A model generated the notes under the pieces. The model did no database searches. It was not told the origin of the DNA and was given only the letters and a program-made list of their open reading frames with translations. The position numbers were made by a program, and so were the translations under genes. A stretch of 64,000 bases of DNA from Acidimicrobiia bacterium (GTDB taxonomy: Bacteria; Actinomycetota; Acidimicrobiia; Spongiisociales; JAHEDJ01): NCBI GenBank assembly GCA_035471805.1, contig DATIPS010000019.1:145-64144 (forward strand). Reading direction: 5' to 3'. Each line of letters starts with the position of its first letter. The first letter of the stretch is position 1. Positions 1 to 9,163 of the stretch are shown in pieces.

Positions 1-215
1 TCAACCAGGATGGACCCCAACGACGAATCAGCCAACTCCACCAGCCCGCCGGATGTCTCGGATTCGGTGGTGGTGGTCGTGGGTGCCTGAGTGGTGGTGG
101 TCGAAGGAGCAGCCGTTGTCGGCGGATTGGTCGTTGCCTGTTCGTCGGCGCCACCGGCCGAGCACGCCGCCGTCACCATGGCCAGGATTGCGAGAGTGGT
201 TCCCAGTCGCCGCAT
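1..215 (-). CDS. putative lipoprotein, N-terminal part only (gene continues past window start)
   Basis: Not in ORF track (runs off edge). Minus-strand frame from ATG at 213-215 reads MRRLGTTLAILAMVTAACSAGGADEQ (signal peptide + lipobox Cys) then Thr-rich linker TTTTQAPTTTTTE typical of actinobacterial solute-binding lipoproteins. AGGAGA Shine-Dalgarno 4-5 nt upstream. G/C-rich third codon positions. The overlapping track ORF 28..228 (other frame) is Arg/His-rich and less protein-like. Confidence 0.5.
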   Translation of the reverse strand, partial: MRRLGTTLAILAMVTAACSAGGADEQATTNPPTTAAPSTTTTQAPTTTTTESETSGGLVELADSSLGSILV

Positions 216-548
216 TGTCTCTCCTCATGTATGGGGTTTCCCGTCAGTACGTAAGCAAGGGTCATTCGGTTCTCGGTGGTGCCGATCCGCTGCCCTCGCG
301 AGAACCAGGAGGCAGGTCTGACGGGTGACTTCATCGCGACTCATAAGACGACCTCGTGTCGGCCGTGCCATCGGGGGCGATTGGCTTGGCTACGAAGGGG
401 TCGGACTGTCGAATCGAACAATTCTGGTGAGAAACCCCTGATGTCGACGACGTTCTAAGCCATTCCTTTGCCCGTTCAGGGACGAGTTCAGGCGACCTGG
501 TCTGCCGAATCTATGCCGGGCCCGAAACCGGCACAATCCGTCACATGA

Positions 549-576
549 AGAAGCCCCTGCAAATGCAAGGGCTTCT
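549..576 (-). terminator. intrinsic-terminator-like hairpin 3' of tRNA-Pro
   Basis: Inverted repeat agaagcccctgca/tgcaagggcttct (GC-rich ~12 bp stem, short loop) beginning 2 nt beyond the tRNA 3' end on the minus strand. Confidence 0.5.
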
Positions 577-577
577 C

Positions 578-654
578 TGGTCGGGCTGGCGGGATTTGAA
601 CCCGCGACCTCTTGACCCCCAGTCAAGCGCGCTGCCAAGCTGCGCCACAGCCCG
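578..654 (-). tRNA. tRNA-Pro (anticodon GGG)
   Basis: Reverse complement cgggctg-tg-gcgc-agcttggca-gcgc-g-cttga-CTGGGGG-tcaag-aggtc-gcggg-ttcaaat-cccgc-cagcccg-a-cca folds as a 77-nt cloverleaf. Acceptor stem is perfect (7 bp). Anticodon loop is CUGGGGG (GGG at 34-36). T-loop is TTCAAAT. CCA is encoded. Confidence 0.85.
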
Positions 655-850
655 TAGATCAGGGATCTTAGCCTTCGTGATGACCGTCGCAGGCGCCGTC
701 GAGGTCGCCGGCGATCACCATGGACAAGTCCCAAGACCGAAGACCCAGTCACCAACGCACCTCACCCCTTCAACGAGGCGTATCGACAGGTAGAGGCCGA
801 CCACGGTCAGTGTGAGGATGTATCCAATTGGTGGGCGCTTGCGGTCGGCC

Positions 851-2170
851 TCAGGTGCCATCTTTGCGACCGCGCCGGCGGGCGACCACTTTGACCGGGG
901 TGCCGATGAAGTCCTCGACACCACGGATGCGGTTCTCGAGGAAACGCAGGTAGTCCTCGCCCAGCACTCCCCCACCCACGAACACGACAATGGTCGGGGG
1001 CTCTACTCCTGCCTGGACGGCATACACGATGTGCGGGCGGCGGCCCTTTCTCACCGGTGGCGGGTGGGCCGCGTGCCACTCTCTGACCAGACGGTTCAGC
1101 CTGGGGGTCTGTATGCGCCGTGACCGATTATGGATAACCAGCTCCAGCGTCTTGTCGAGGCGGTGAAGTCGGGCACCCGTCTTGGCCGAGATGCGGAGAA
1201 CCGGAGCCCACGAGATGAATCCGAGCCGTCTGGCGACCGCGGCTTCCGTCGCTTCCCGCTGTTCGAGGTCGGCGATGTCCCACTTGTTCAACATGACGAT
1301 GAGTCCGGCGCCACCATCGGCGGCTTCTTCCGCGATCCGCTGGTCTTGCTGAGTCACCCCTTCTACCGAGTCGATGAGGAGGAGCGCAACGTCGGCGGCG
1401 GCCAGAGCCTCGCGCGCCCTGAGCACGGAGTAGAACTCGGTGTCCTCCTTGACCTTGGGGGCGCGCCTGATTCCTGCCGTGTCGACGATGTTGTACTGGA
1501 CCCCGCCCAGCGCGACCACTGCATCGATGGGATCCCTGGTCGTGCCGGGCACCGGCGACACGAGGACCCGTTCATCCTTCAACAGCTGGTTCAAGAGTGT
1601 GGACTTGCCGACGTTGGGACGTCCGACGATTGCCAACCTGGGCAGCGGGTCCGTCTCAGGCACCCTGTCCAGGGCGGGAAGCCTCTCGACGAGGCGGTCG
1701 AGTAGATCACCCGTACCGCGACCGTGCAATGCGGAAATGGGAATCGGCTCACCGAGCCCAAGGCTCCACAGTTCGGCGATGTCCAACTCGCGTGCTGCGT
1801 CGTCCACCTTGTTGGCGACGACCACTACCCGATCAGGAGTGGACCGGAGCAACGCCGCCACGCCGAGATCGTCGTCTGCGATCGAAGTCGAAGCATCGAG
1901 CACGAAGAGGACGACATCGGCACTTGCGAGCGCCGCCTCCGCCTGCCCGGAGATATCCGTCGCCAGTTCATCACCCGCCACCTGCCATCCCCCGGTGTCT
2001 ATCAAAAGGAACCGACGTCCGCTCCAGTCGGCTACGAACTCGCGCCTATCTCGCGTTACACCGGGGCGTTCCTCGACGACTGCAGAACGACGGCCGATGA
2101 TCCGGTTGATGAGAGTCGATTTGCCGACATTGGGGCGCCCGACGACGGCGACAATTGGAAGACGGGACAT
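851..2170 (-). CDS. der: ribosome-associated GTPase Der (EngA), two GTPase domains + KH-like C-terminus
   Basis: Two G-domains with G1 motifs VAVVGRPNVGKSTL and LAIVGRPNVGKSTLLN. ATG at 2168-2170 gives canonical N-terminus MSRLPIVAVVGRPNVGKS. The 47 codons upstream in the track ORF (to 2311) are a likely spurious extension. Confidence 0.9.
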   Translation of the reverse strand: MSRLPIVAVVGRPNVGKSTLINRIIGRRSAVVEERPGVTRDRREFVADWSGRRFLLIDTGGWQVAGDELATDISGQAEAALASADVVLFVLDASTSIADDDLGVAALLRSTPDRVVVVANKVDDAARELDIAELWSLGLGEPIPISALHGRGTGDLLDRLVERLPALDRVPETDPLPRLAIVGRPNVGKSTLLNQLLKDERVLVSPVPGTTRDPIDAVVALGGVQYNIVDTAGIRRAPKVKEDTEFYSVLRAREALAAADVALLLIDSVEGVTQQDQRIAEEAADGGAGLIVMLNKWDIADLEQREATEAAVARRLGFISWAPVLRISAKTGARLHRLDKTLELVIHNRSRRIQTPRLNRLVREWHAAHPPPVRKGRRPHIVYAVQAGVEPPTIVVFVGGGVLGEDYLRFLENRIRGVEDFIGTPVKVVARRRGRKDGT

Positions 2171-2344
2171 AAGTGAGGTAGATGGTACTCCGACCGAACC
2201 CGCCCGCGGCTGCCCGGCCTCCCGGCGCGGCGACCCCGTCGGACGCATTTCGGCGAGGGACAGAACACACAGCTTCCGCGCATCGCCATGCCGCCTCTCG
2301 AGCCGTGCCACAGCTATAGACCGGAATCACCTAGCCTTTGCCCC

Positions 2345-3394
2345 ATGCCCCCATCGATAGTGCTCCTTGCCGAACCGCGTGGCTTCTGTGCCGGTGTCGA
2401 GATGGCCATCAAAGCGCTCACCTGGATGGTGCGCGTGTTCGAAGCACCGGTCTATTGCTTCCACGAGATCGTGCACAATCGATGGGTGGTGAAAGCCTTC
2501 GAAGACGTCGGCGTTGTCTTCGTTGATGACATCGATGAGGTTCCCATCGGATCACCTGTCATGCTGTCGGCCCACGGTTCGGCCCCGGAGGTCGTTTCCG
2601 GGGCCGAGTCCCGAGCCGGCATAGTGGTCGATGCGGTCTGTCCCCTGGTCACCAAAGTCCATCACGAAGTCCGACGGATGGCAGAGCGCGGATTCGAAAT
2701 CATCTACGTTGGCCACGAGGGCCACGACGAAGCGGTCGGAACCGTCGCCGAGGCCCCTGAAGCGATCACACTCGTGGAACCGGAGACCGGGTTGAGCACT
2801 TTCGATCCGGCAGATCCGGCGAAGGTTGCCCTGCTCGCGCAGACCACGCTCGGCGTTCACGAATGGCAAGCGGTACTCGATGATGCCCGCCGCAAGTTCC
2901 CTTCGATCTCAACAGCCAGGAAGAGCGACCTCTGCTACGCCACGACGAACAGACAGGATGCAGTGCGTTCGCTCACCGATGAGGCCGACCTCATTCTCGT
3001 CGTCGGGTCGGCGTCATCGTCCAACACTCGCGCGCTCGTGCGTGTCGCTCGGGAGGCCGGTGTGAATGCACACCGTATCGATGACGCCTCGGCGATCGAT
3101 CCCGCCTGGCTGGACGCAGCGCAGGTCGTGGGAGTGACGGCCGGTGCGTCTGCTCCGGACCACCTCGTTCAAGAAGTGATAGACAGAGTCAACCCCAGCG
3201 AAGGGGTGCGTTTGCTTCAGATCACGGAGGAGGGTGAGTATTTTCCTCTTCCACCCCAGCTTCGAACTCTCCTACGGGTGCTTCAGCTCACTGTTGAAGC
3301 CGGATTCGGCGCTCAACGGCAGGCCGAGCCGGGACCGCTGGATCGAGACCCGGAATGGGATGCGACGGAGGCGCTCGCAGCTATAAGCCGCTGA
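2345..3394 (+). CDS. ispH: 4-hydroxy-3-methylbut-2-enyl diphosphate reductase IspH (LytB)
   Basis: MPPSIVLLAEPRGFCAGVEMAI start matches LytB N-terminus (first Fe-S Cys in RGFCAGV). Conserved HNxxV (CFHEIVHN), LLAQTT and SSNT motifs. ATG verified at 2345. ~50-aa C-terminal extension beyond the usual LytB length. Confidence 0.9.
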   Translation: MPPSIVLLAEPRGFCAGVEMAIKALTWMVRVFEAPVYCFHEIVHNRWVVKAFEDVGVVFVDDIDEVPIGSPVMLSAHGSAPEVVSGAESRAGIVVDAVCPLVTKVHHEVRRMAERGFEIIYVGHEGHDEAVGTVAEAPEAITLVEPETGLSTFDPADPAKVALLAQTTLGVHEWQAVLDDARRKFPSISTARKSDLCYATTNRQDAVRSLTDEADLILVVGSASSSNTRALVRVAREAGVNAHRIDDASAIDPAWLDAAQVVGVTAGASAPDHLVQEVIDRVNPSEGVRLLQITEEGEYFPLPPQLRTLLRVLQLTVEAGFGAQRQAEPGPLDRDPEWDATEALAAISR

Positions 3395-3402
3395 ACTGCG
3401 GT

Positions 3403-5349
3403 TCAACCCGTCTGCCGCTCTCTGGCGGTCACCACGATGCGGTCGACTACTTCTTCGATCGTCAGATCGGAGGTGTCGAGTATCACTGCGTCCGGTGCGG
3501 CGGTCAGCGGCGAATCCGCCCGCGTCGAGTCGATCGTGTCCCGACGGTGAAGATCGCTTGCGACCCGCTCCACATCCTCGTGACCCTGCTCAGAGGCGCG
3601 TCTGGTGGCTCGTACCTCCGGTCGTGCCGTCAGGAAGACCTTCAAGCCCGCTTCCGGGAAGACGACCGTTCCGATGTCCCGGCCTTCGACAACCGCACTG
3701 CCCCCCTGCCCGGCAACCCACTCATGCTGCTGTGCGACCATAAGTCGGCGGACCTCAGGGATGGCGGATACCGGGCTCGATGCTCTTGTCACGGCCTCCG
3801 TGCGAATCTCCGACCCCACATCACGCCCGTCGATCAGCATCCTGCCGCCCGCATACCCGAACCTGTGCCGGGAGACTTCTGCGATCACCGCAGATGTGTC
3901 GTCGAGATCAAGCGATGCTTCCAAGGCTACGAGTGTCGCCGCCCGATAGAAGGCACCGGTGTCGAGGTGTGGCAACTCGAGCCTCTCCCCCACTGCACGA
4001 CTCACGGTCGTCTTGCCCGACCCGCCGGGTCCGTCGATCGCGACAATGATTCCCATATCGGGGCGGACCATAGCCGCCGGAACTGTGACCGATTCGAGTG
4101 CGTTGAAGAATCCCGGCCACGTCTTCGCAACACATTCCGGATCCACGATCCCGACGCCCGGGGTGGCCACGCCGGCGACTGCGAATGCCATGGCGATGCG
4201 GTGGTCGTCGTACGTGGCTATTTCCCCCCCATGTGGTGAACCCCCCTCCACCACGATCGAATCAGCCGTTGTGTGTGCTGTGATGCCGATCACCGCCAGT
4301 TGCTCCCGGAGGGCCGTCAACCGGTCGGATTCCTTGATGCGGAGGTTGCCGATGTTCGAAACCGTCGACACCCCGGCGGCAAACGCACAGACAACCGCCA
4401 GCATGAGGGCGGCGTCCGGGGCGGAGTTCATGTCTCGCGACACCGCAGCCAACCGCCCAGGTCCCGAGACACGCACCCCCGTTTTAGTCCACTCGACCGA
4501 ACAACCCATATCGGCCAGGACCTCGAAGAACAACAGATCCGGTTGTCTAGAGCGAACGTCGACCCCCACGATCTCGATCGTTCCATTGCTCACTGCGGCT
4601 GCCGCGGCGGGATAAACCGCAGCCGAGACGTCCGGTTCGATCGAATAGCCCGTCCCTCGATAACCGGTAGATCCGCGAACGTGAATCATCGGTCCCGGCC
4701 GCATCTCGGCTGCGGCCCCGAATGCGGCCATGACGTCGAGCGTCATCTCAACATATGGTCGGGAGACGAGGACGTCGTTGAGGAAACGAATCTCCGTGTC
4801 GCCGTCGAGGAGAGGAGCGATCATGGCCACCGCTGAGACGTACTGACTCGACCTCGTGGCGTCGATCGTGATCGACCGTCCCACCGGGTTCTTGGCGCCG
4901 ACGGCCAGGGGCGGACCTTCGCCATCACCGAGCATCTCGACTTGCGCTCCGAGGGCGCGCAGAGCAGCTACGAGATCGGTGATCGGCCGGAGGCGCATGC
5001 GGGCACTGCCGTCTATCACGACCCGACCGGGTACGAGCGTGCTCACTGCTGTGATGAATCGAGCCGTCGTGCCGGAGTTTCCGACTTCCAGAGGTGCGCC
5101 GGGAACCGAAAGGAGACCGGCCGAGCCTTCCACTATCCACGCCTCCGGGTCATCGTCCGCGATAGCTACCCCGAGGGCCCGCAGGCAGGAGCGCATAGCC
5201 TCCGTGTCCTCGGCCTCCAGCGGGTGCAGCAGCGAACTGGGTCCACTAGCCAGGGCGGCGATCACCAGTGCGCGGTTTGTGATACTGCGCGAGCCCGGTA
5301 TCTCCAGGGATCCGGTCACCCGTCCGTGACGAACTTCGTAGGCGGTCAC
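3403..5349 (-). CDS. aroA-cmk: bifunctional fusion: 3-phosphoshikimate 1-carboxyvinyltransferase (AroA, N-terminal) + cytidylate kinase (Cmk, C-terminal)
   Basis: Single uninterrupted frame. AroA part has LEIPGSRSITNRALVIAALA, SAQYVSA, ends KTWPGFFNALESV. Continues through linker TVPAAMVRPD into MGIIVAIDGPGGSGKTTVSRA (P-loop Cmk; Met codon = cat at 4054-4056) to stop at 3403. Preferred start is GTG at 5349, overlapping rluB stop as GTGA and giving a normal-length AroA N-terminus. Track ORF extends to a start at 5403 (58-nt overlap with rluB). Confidence 0.85.
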   Translation of the reverse strand: MTAYEVRHGRVTGSLEIPGSRSITNRALVIAALASGPSSLLHPLEAEDTEAMRSCLRALGVAIADDDPEAWIVEGSAGLLSVPGAPLEVGNSGTTARFITAVSTLVPGRVVIDGSARMRLRPITDLVAALRALGAQVEMLGDGEGPPLAVGAKNPVGRSITIDATRSSQYVSAVAMIAPLLDGDTEIRFLNDVLVSRPYVEMTLDVMAAFGAAAEMRPGPMIHVRGSTGYRGTGYSIEPDVSAAVYPAAAAAVSNGTIEIVGVDVRSRQPDLLFFEVLADMGCSVEWTKTGVRVSGPGRLAAVSRDMNSAPDAALMLAVVCAFAAGVSTVSNIGNLRIKESDRLTALREQLAVIGITAHTTADSIVVEGGSPHGGEIATYDDHRIAMAFAVAGVATPGVGIVDPECVAKTWPGFFNALESVTVPAAMVRPDMGIIVAIDGPGGSGKTTVSRAVGERLELPHLDTGAFYRAATLVALEASLDLDDTSAVIAEVSRHRFGYAGGRMLIDGRDVGSEIRTEAVTRASSPVSAIPEVRRLMVAQQHEWVAGQGGSAVVEGRDIGTVVFPEAGLKVFLTARPEVRATRRASEQGHEDVERVASDLHRRDTIDSTRADSPLTAAPDAVILDTSDLTIEEVVDRIVVTARERQTG

Positions 5350-6062
5350 GGCGCGGTCGATCCGTACAGGGAACGAACTTCGTCGATCGTCAACGGACGC
5401 CACTCCCCGCTCTTCAGGTTCCCATCACGCAACGGGCCGATTGCGGAACGAAAGAGAGTGATGACGGGCGAACCGATCGCGCTGCACATGCGCCGAACTT
5501 CACGCTTGCGCCCTTCGCCCATCACGATTTCCAGCATCGTGTTCTCACCCTGTGCGTCCACGATCCTGGCGGACACGGCACGAGCCGGGCCGTCGTCGAG
5601 TTCGACACCGTCGGTCAACCTGCGGACGTCTGCCGGCTTGGGAGTCCCGTGAACGAGGGCGGTGTAGGTCTTGGTGACGCGGTTGCTGGGATGCGTTATG
5701 TGTTGTGCAAGGTCACCGTCGTTGGTCAACAGGATGAGACCTTCGGAGTCCAGGTCCAGACGTCCAACCGGAAACACCCTCGAGCCCTCCGGAACCAGGT
5801 CGACGACCGTCTTGCGACCGTGTGTGTCCTCGGCGGTGCTGACCACGCCCGCCGGTTTGTTCAACAGGTAGTACACGAGACCGGGGGCAACCGGGAGCGC
5901 TACTTCATCGACTTCCACACGCTCGACTTCGGGATCGATCTTCTGCCCCAGGTGGGCGACCGACCCGTCGACCTTGATGCGGCCGGCCCTGATCAGCTCC
6001 TCGGCAGCGCGCCGGGAGCACAGTCCGGACCGGGCTACCACCTTCTGCAACCGTTCGTTCAA
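5346..6062 (-). CDS. rluB: 23S rRNA pseudouridine synthase, RsuA/RluB family
   Basis: N-terminal S4 domain (RLQKVVARSGLCSRRAAEELIRAGRIKVDG) and catalytic motif VGRLDLDSEGLILLTNDG. Position between cmk and scpB matches mycobacterial Rv1711. Confidence 0.85.
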   Translation of the reverse strand: MNERLQKVVARSGLCSRRAAEELIRAGRIKVDGSVAHLGQKIDPEVERVEVDEVALPVAPGLVYYLLNKPAGVVSTAEDTHGRKTVVDLVPEGSRVFPVGRLDLDSEGLILLTNDGDLAQHITHPSNRVTKTYTALVHGTPKPADVRRLTDGVELDDGPARAVSARIVDAQGENTMLEIVMGEGRKREVRRMCSAIGSPVITLFRSAIGPLRDGNLKSGEWRPLTIDEVRSLYGSTAP

Positions 6063-6616
6063 GGCTTGAAGGTTTCTTCGAGCGACTCGACCACCGAAGC
6101 CGCCGGCACATGGTCGGCAAGGGGAGGCAGCTCAGAGAGTGATCGGAGTCCCATCTTCTCGAGGAAGAGGTCGGTGGTTCCGTAGACCGCCGGAGTACCC
6201 GGCAGCGCCAGGCGGCCGGTCTCTACTATCAGGCCGCGCCGTTCCAGCGTCCGCAGCGCCGAATCCGAATCGACACCGCGTATCTCGGACACTTGCGACC
6301 TGGAGACCGGCTGCTGGTAGGCGACAACTGCCAATGTCTCGAGCGCAGCTTGCGACAACCGGGTCGCGGTGGCCGTGGTCGCAAAGCGGTCCAGGTACGG
6401 GAAGGCGTCGGGCGCGGTATACAGCCTCCAGCCACCCCCCACGTTGCGGAGCTCCAGTCCCCGCCCGGACAAACGATCGGCCAGAGCATCGAGTGCGGAC
6501 CGCACGTCGTCTGCCGGCAACTCCAGAACCTCCGAAAGTTCCTCGAGCGGAACGGGCGTCTCGGCCACGAACAGGATCGCTTCGATGATCGACGGGTTGT
6601 CCATCATCTGCTCCAT
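6059..6616 (-). CDS. scpB: segregation and condensation protein B (ScpB)
   Basis: Winged-helix ScpB signature IEAILFVAETPVPLEEL, QPVSRSQVSEIRGV. 4-nt overlap with rluB and directly downstream of scpA. Confidence 0.85.
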   Translation of the reverse strand: MEQMMDNPSIIEAILFVAETPVPLEELSEVLELPADDVRSALDALADRLSGRGLELRNVGGGWRLYTAPDAFPYLDRFATTATATRLSQAALETLAVVAYQQPVSRSQVSEIRGVDSDSALRTLERRGLIVETGRLALPGTPAVYGTTDLFLEKMGLRSLSELPPLADHVPAASVVESLEETFKP

Positions 6617-7362
6617 TCACTGACGAGAACGTTTCCGTCACCGGTGTGGCGAATCTCAATCGGAGCGAGCCAGTGATCTTGAGCGACGTTGACCAAACCC
6701 CACCTGGCGAGTTCGAGGAGAGCCAGGAAGTACGCGACCACCTCTACTTTGCGGGTGCAGTGTTCAACGACCTCGTCGAACGTAGACTCGGCCAGCGAAG
6801 CGAACCTGACCCGCAGCTCGTCGATGGCCTGCTCGACGGAGGGAAGGTCGAGATCCAGATGATCCAGGTCGGGCTCTCCTGAGCGCTCCGTGAAGACACG
6901 GTGTGCAAGGGCGGCGAAGCCGTCGAGGTCGAGCGGGATTCGGACTTCGGGCGGCGTCTTTACGACCATCGGGTCCAGACCGGCTCTCCGCTCCATATAG
7001 CGGTTGTTCGCCTGGAACCGGTGTCCGAGCACCGCAGCCACATCCTTGAAAGTCACGCACTGCAGCAACCGGGTGATCAACCGGTCGCGCTCTTCCATTA
7101 GGGCCAGTTCTTCGTCGAGATCGATATCGATGTCGTCCGGGAGCAGGTGGCGAGCTTTCAACTGGATGAGGGTGGCGGCGATCAACAGGAACTCGCTGGT
7201 CAGGTCGAGGTCCAGTCGCCGGATCTCATCGATGTAGGAGACATATTCGGAAACGATGTCGATGAGGCTCAACCCGGCGATATCGACCTGATGGCGCGAG
7301 ACCAGTTGGAGGAGCAAGTCGAGTGGTCCCTCGAACACGGCTGTCTTGACTTCATAGGTCAT
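6604..7362 (-). CDS. scpA: segregation and condensation protein A (ScpA, kleisin)
   Basis: FEGPLDLLLQLV N-terminus and LLELARWGLV C-terminal winged helix typical of ScpA. Overlaps scpB start. Confidence 0.85.
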   Translation of the reverse strand: MTYEVKTAVFEGPLDLLLQLVSRHQVDIAGLSLIDIVSEYVSYIDEIRRLDLDLTSEFLLIAATLIQLKARHLLPDDIDIDLDEELALMEERDRLITRLLQCVTFKDVAAVLGHRFQANNRYMERRAGLDPMVVKTPPEVRIPLDLDGFAALAHRVFTERSGEPDLDHLDLDLPSVEQAIDELRVRFASLAESTFDEVVEHCTRKVEVVAYFLALLELARWGLVNVAQDHWLAPIEIRHTGDGNVLVSEWSR

Positions 7363-7371
7363 GGTCGATCC

Positions 7372-7902
7372 TCATCGTATTGCAGGCGGCTGAGGGTGCG
7401 GTGGCTTTCCCGGGTGATCGGCCATCTCGAGCAGACGCCAATCCCCGACGCTGATCTCGTTCGGGCGGCCGTCGTGATGATGGCGTGCAAACTCGACCAC
7501 CACCCGCTCGCAACCCAGCGCTTCGAGTTCCCCGGCGCCCAGGCGGCCGTGATCGACGTAGGCGGCGCTCTTGCCCCGCAGCGGCAGGCCGAGTTTCATC
7601 ATGGCGCTGGCGATCGAACGTCTGAATATCCCCAGGCCGGAGTGCCGCTTGCCGACATCATGGAAGAGCGCCGCCCTGATCAGATCGAGGCGGTCCGGGG
7701 CGAGACCGTGAATCCGGCCGGCCGCTCTGTAGGCATGTCGTTGATCGGCGATCGGCTGTTCGCAGAAGAGGGCTCTTTCCTCGGTTGACCTCAGCCACGA
7801 AGCAACCTGTGCCCCCTCTGAATCGTCGAGAGGTCCGGCGGTTGCCACCTCGAAGAACCTGCGGGCTAGGTGCCACCACGAACCGATAGCGCGGCCCCGC
7901 AT
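7372..7902 (-). CDS. HD-domain phosphohydrolase
   Basis: H..HD metal-binding motif (ALFHDVGK) and second His cluster (FARHHHDG). ATG verified at 7900-7902 (MRGRAIGSWW). Track ORF's upstream 43 codons overlap the TraR-like gene and are rejected. Confidence 0.6.
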   Translation of the reverse strand: MRGRAIGSWWHLARRFFEVATAGPLDDSEGAQVASWLRSTEERALFCEQPIADQRHAYRAAGRIHGLAPDRLDLIRAALFHDVGKRHSGLGIFRRSIASAMMKLGLPLRGKSAAYVDHGRLGAGELEALGCERVVVEFARHHHDGRPNEISVGDWRLLEMADHPGKPPHPQPPAIR

Positions 7903-7918
7903 CCGAATCGCCCCGCTC

Positions 7919-8155
7919 TCAGGAACGGCGGGACTTGCAGTCCATGCAGAGAACGGAGGTCGGGCGAGCTTCCATCCTTGCCGCGCCGATCTCCTTGTCG
8001 CATTTCGCGCACCGGCCGTACGTACCGGCATCGAGTTTGGCCAGAGCGGCGTCCACCGAGTCGAGTTGCCGCTTCAGGCTCTCGACGAGGCCCAGGACTT
8101 CGGTACGCTCCGCGGTCGCTGCTCCGGCATCCGCGAAGCCGTCGCCGAACTGCAC
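7919..8155 (-). CDS. DksA/TraR-family C4 zinc-finger protein
   Basis: 78 aa with C-terminal CAKCDKEI...CMDC four-Cys zinc ribbon preceded by a coiled-coil-like segment. Confidence 0.6.
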   Translation of the reverse strand: MQFGDGFADAGAATAERTEVLGLVESLKRQLDSVDAALAKLDAGTYGRCAKCDKEIGAARMEARPTSVLCMDCKSRRS

Positions 8156-8214
8156 GTCGGAGCGCAGATCACCCGTCTCGGTAGCGCCGAGTTCCTCGAG
8201 TTGATGGACGAGCT

Positions 8215-9144
8215 TCAGACGCTCTTCGTTGAGCAGGGTCTTGGCGGCGTCGTAGTTGATGACAATCGGCTCCGTGGGTGAGACTCGACGTACACCTCGA
8301 TCAGATGACGAGGCGACACTTTCGTATAGATCTGGGTTGTGGAGATACTAGCGTGGCCGAGCATCTCCTGGACCGACCGCAGGTCTGCGCCTCCCTGGAC
8401 CATGTGCGTCGCCGCCGAATGACGCAAGACATGAGGCGAAACAGCCGCCTGTGACATCCCGGCCCTGGCCGCTGCTTTCCGGACGATTCCCCACACACCC
8501 TGCCGGGTCAGGCGCCCTCCCCTGGCGTTGAGGAAGACCGCGCCGGGGTCGGGCCTTCCGCCCAACGCGGCCCGACGATCAGGCAGGTAGTACTCGATGG
8601 CCAGGACGGCATGAGCTCCGATCGGTACCAAACGCTGCTTTCCGCCTTTGCCCGTGACGAGTGCCGTCCTGTCCTCGAGATCCAGGTCGATCACATCGAG
8701 ACCGACGGCTTCTGCGACTCTGGAGCCGGAGGCGTACATGAATTCGAGAATGGCCCGGTCGCGCCGTCCCAAGGAAGTCCGCACGTCGGGAGCCGTGATC
8801 AGTTGCTCGACTTCGTCGATCTCTAGTGCCTTGGGTAGTCGCAGGCCGGGTTGTGGTGCCTGGACCATGGTCGTCGGGTCCGCGCTTTCGGTTCCCTCGA
8901 TCACCAGGAACCGGTGTAATCCGCGTAGTGCCGCGACCTTGCGAGAGATCGTCGTCGCGCGCAGACCCCGTCTGTTCAAGGAGGCCACGAAGTCATCGAC
9001 CAGCCCGGCCGATGGCGTTCGACCATCGAGAAACCCTAGATAGTCGGTGAGATCTCGACGGTAGGCCTTGATGGTGGCCGGAGCCAGGCCGCGCTCGACG
9101 GTCAGCGACGCGAGGTACTCGGCTATTCCGTTCTCCAGGCTCAC
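8215..9144 (-). CDS. xerD: site-specific tyrosine recombinase XerD
   Basis: Core-binding N-domain plus catalytic tetrad region RVAEAVGL...HVLRHSAATHMVQGGADLRSVQEMLGHASISTTQIYT (R, H-x-x-R-H, nucleophile Tyr). Synteny (nudix-pyrG neighbour) as mycobacterial Rv1701. Confidence 0.85.
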   Translation of the reverse strand: MSLENGIAEYLASLTVERGLAPATIKAYRRDLTDYLGFLDGRTPSAGLVDDFVASLNRRGLRATTISRKVAALRGLHRFLVIEGTESADPTTMVQAPQPGLRLPKALEIDEVEQLITAPDVRTSLGRRDRAILEFMYASGSRVAEAVGLDVIDLDLEDRTALVTGKGGKQRLVPIGAHAVLAIEYYLPDRRAALGGRPDPGAVFLNARGGRLTRQGVWGIVRKAAARAGMSQAAVSPHVLRHSAATHMVQGGADLRSVQEMLGHASISTTQIYTKVSPRHLIEVYVESHPRSRLSSTTTPPRPCSTKSV

Positions 9145-9163
9145 GCCGGCCGCCTCGCCGCGC

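Noticed and set aside
715-990. Small minus-strand ORF (MAPEADRKRPPIGYILTLTVVGLYLS...) overlapping the der 3' end
   Set aside because: Could be a 48-aa single-TM peptide, but it overlaps der by 11 nt and has no Shine-Dalgarno or family support. Left uncalled.
2288-2344. N-terminal extensions in track ORFs for ispH, der, helY, mpa, korA, NUDIX 17665, GNAT, HD protein, acyltransferase, RDD, rhomboid and secreted repeat protein
   Set aside because: Extensions are Arg/Pro-rich, overlap neighbouring genes, and precede verified canonical starts with conserved N-terminal motifs. They were trimmed.
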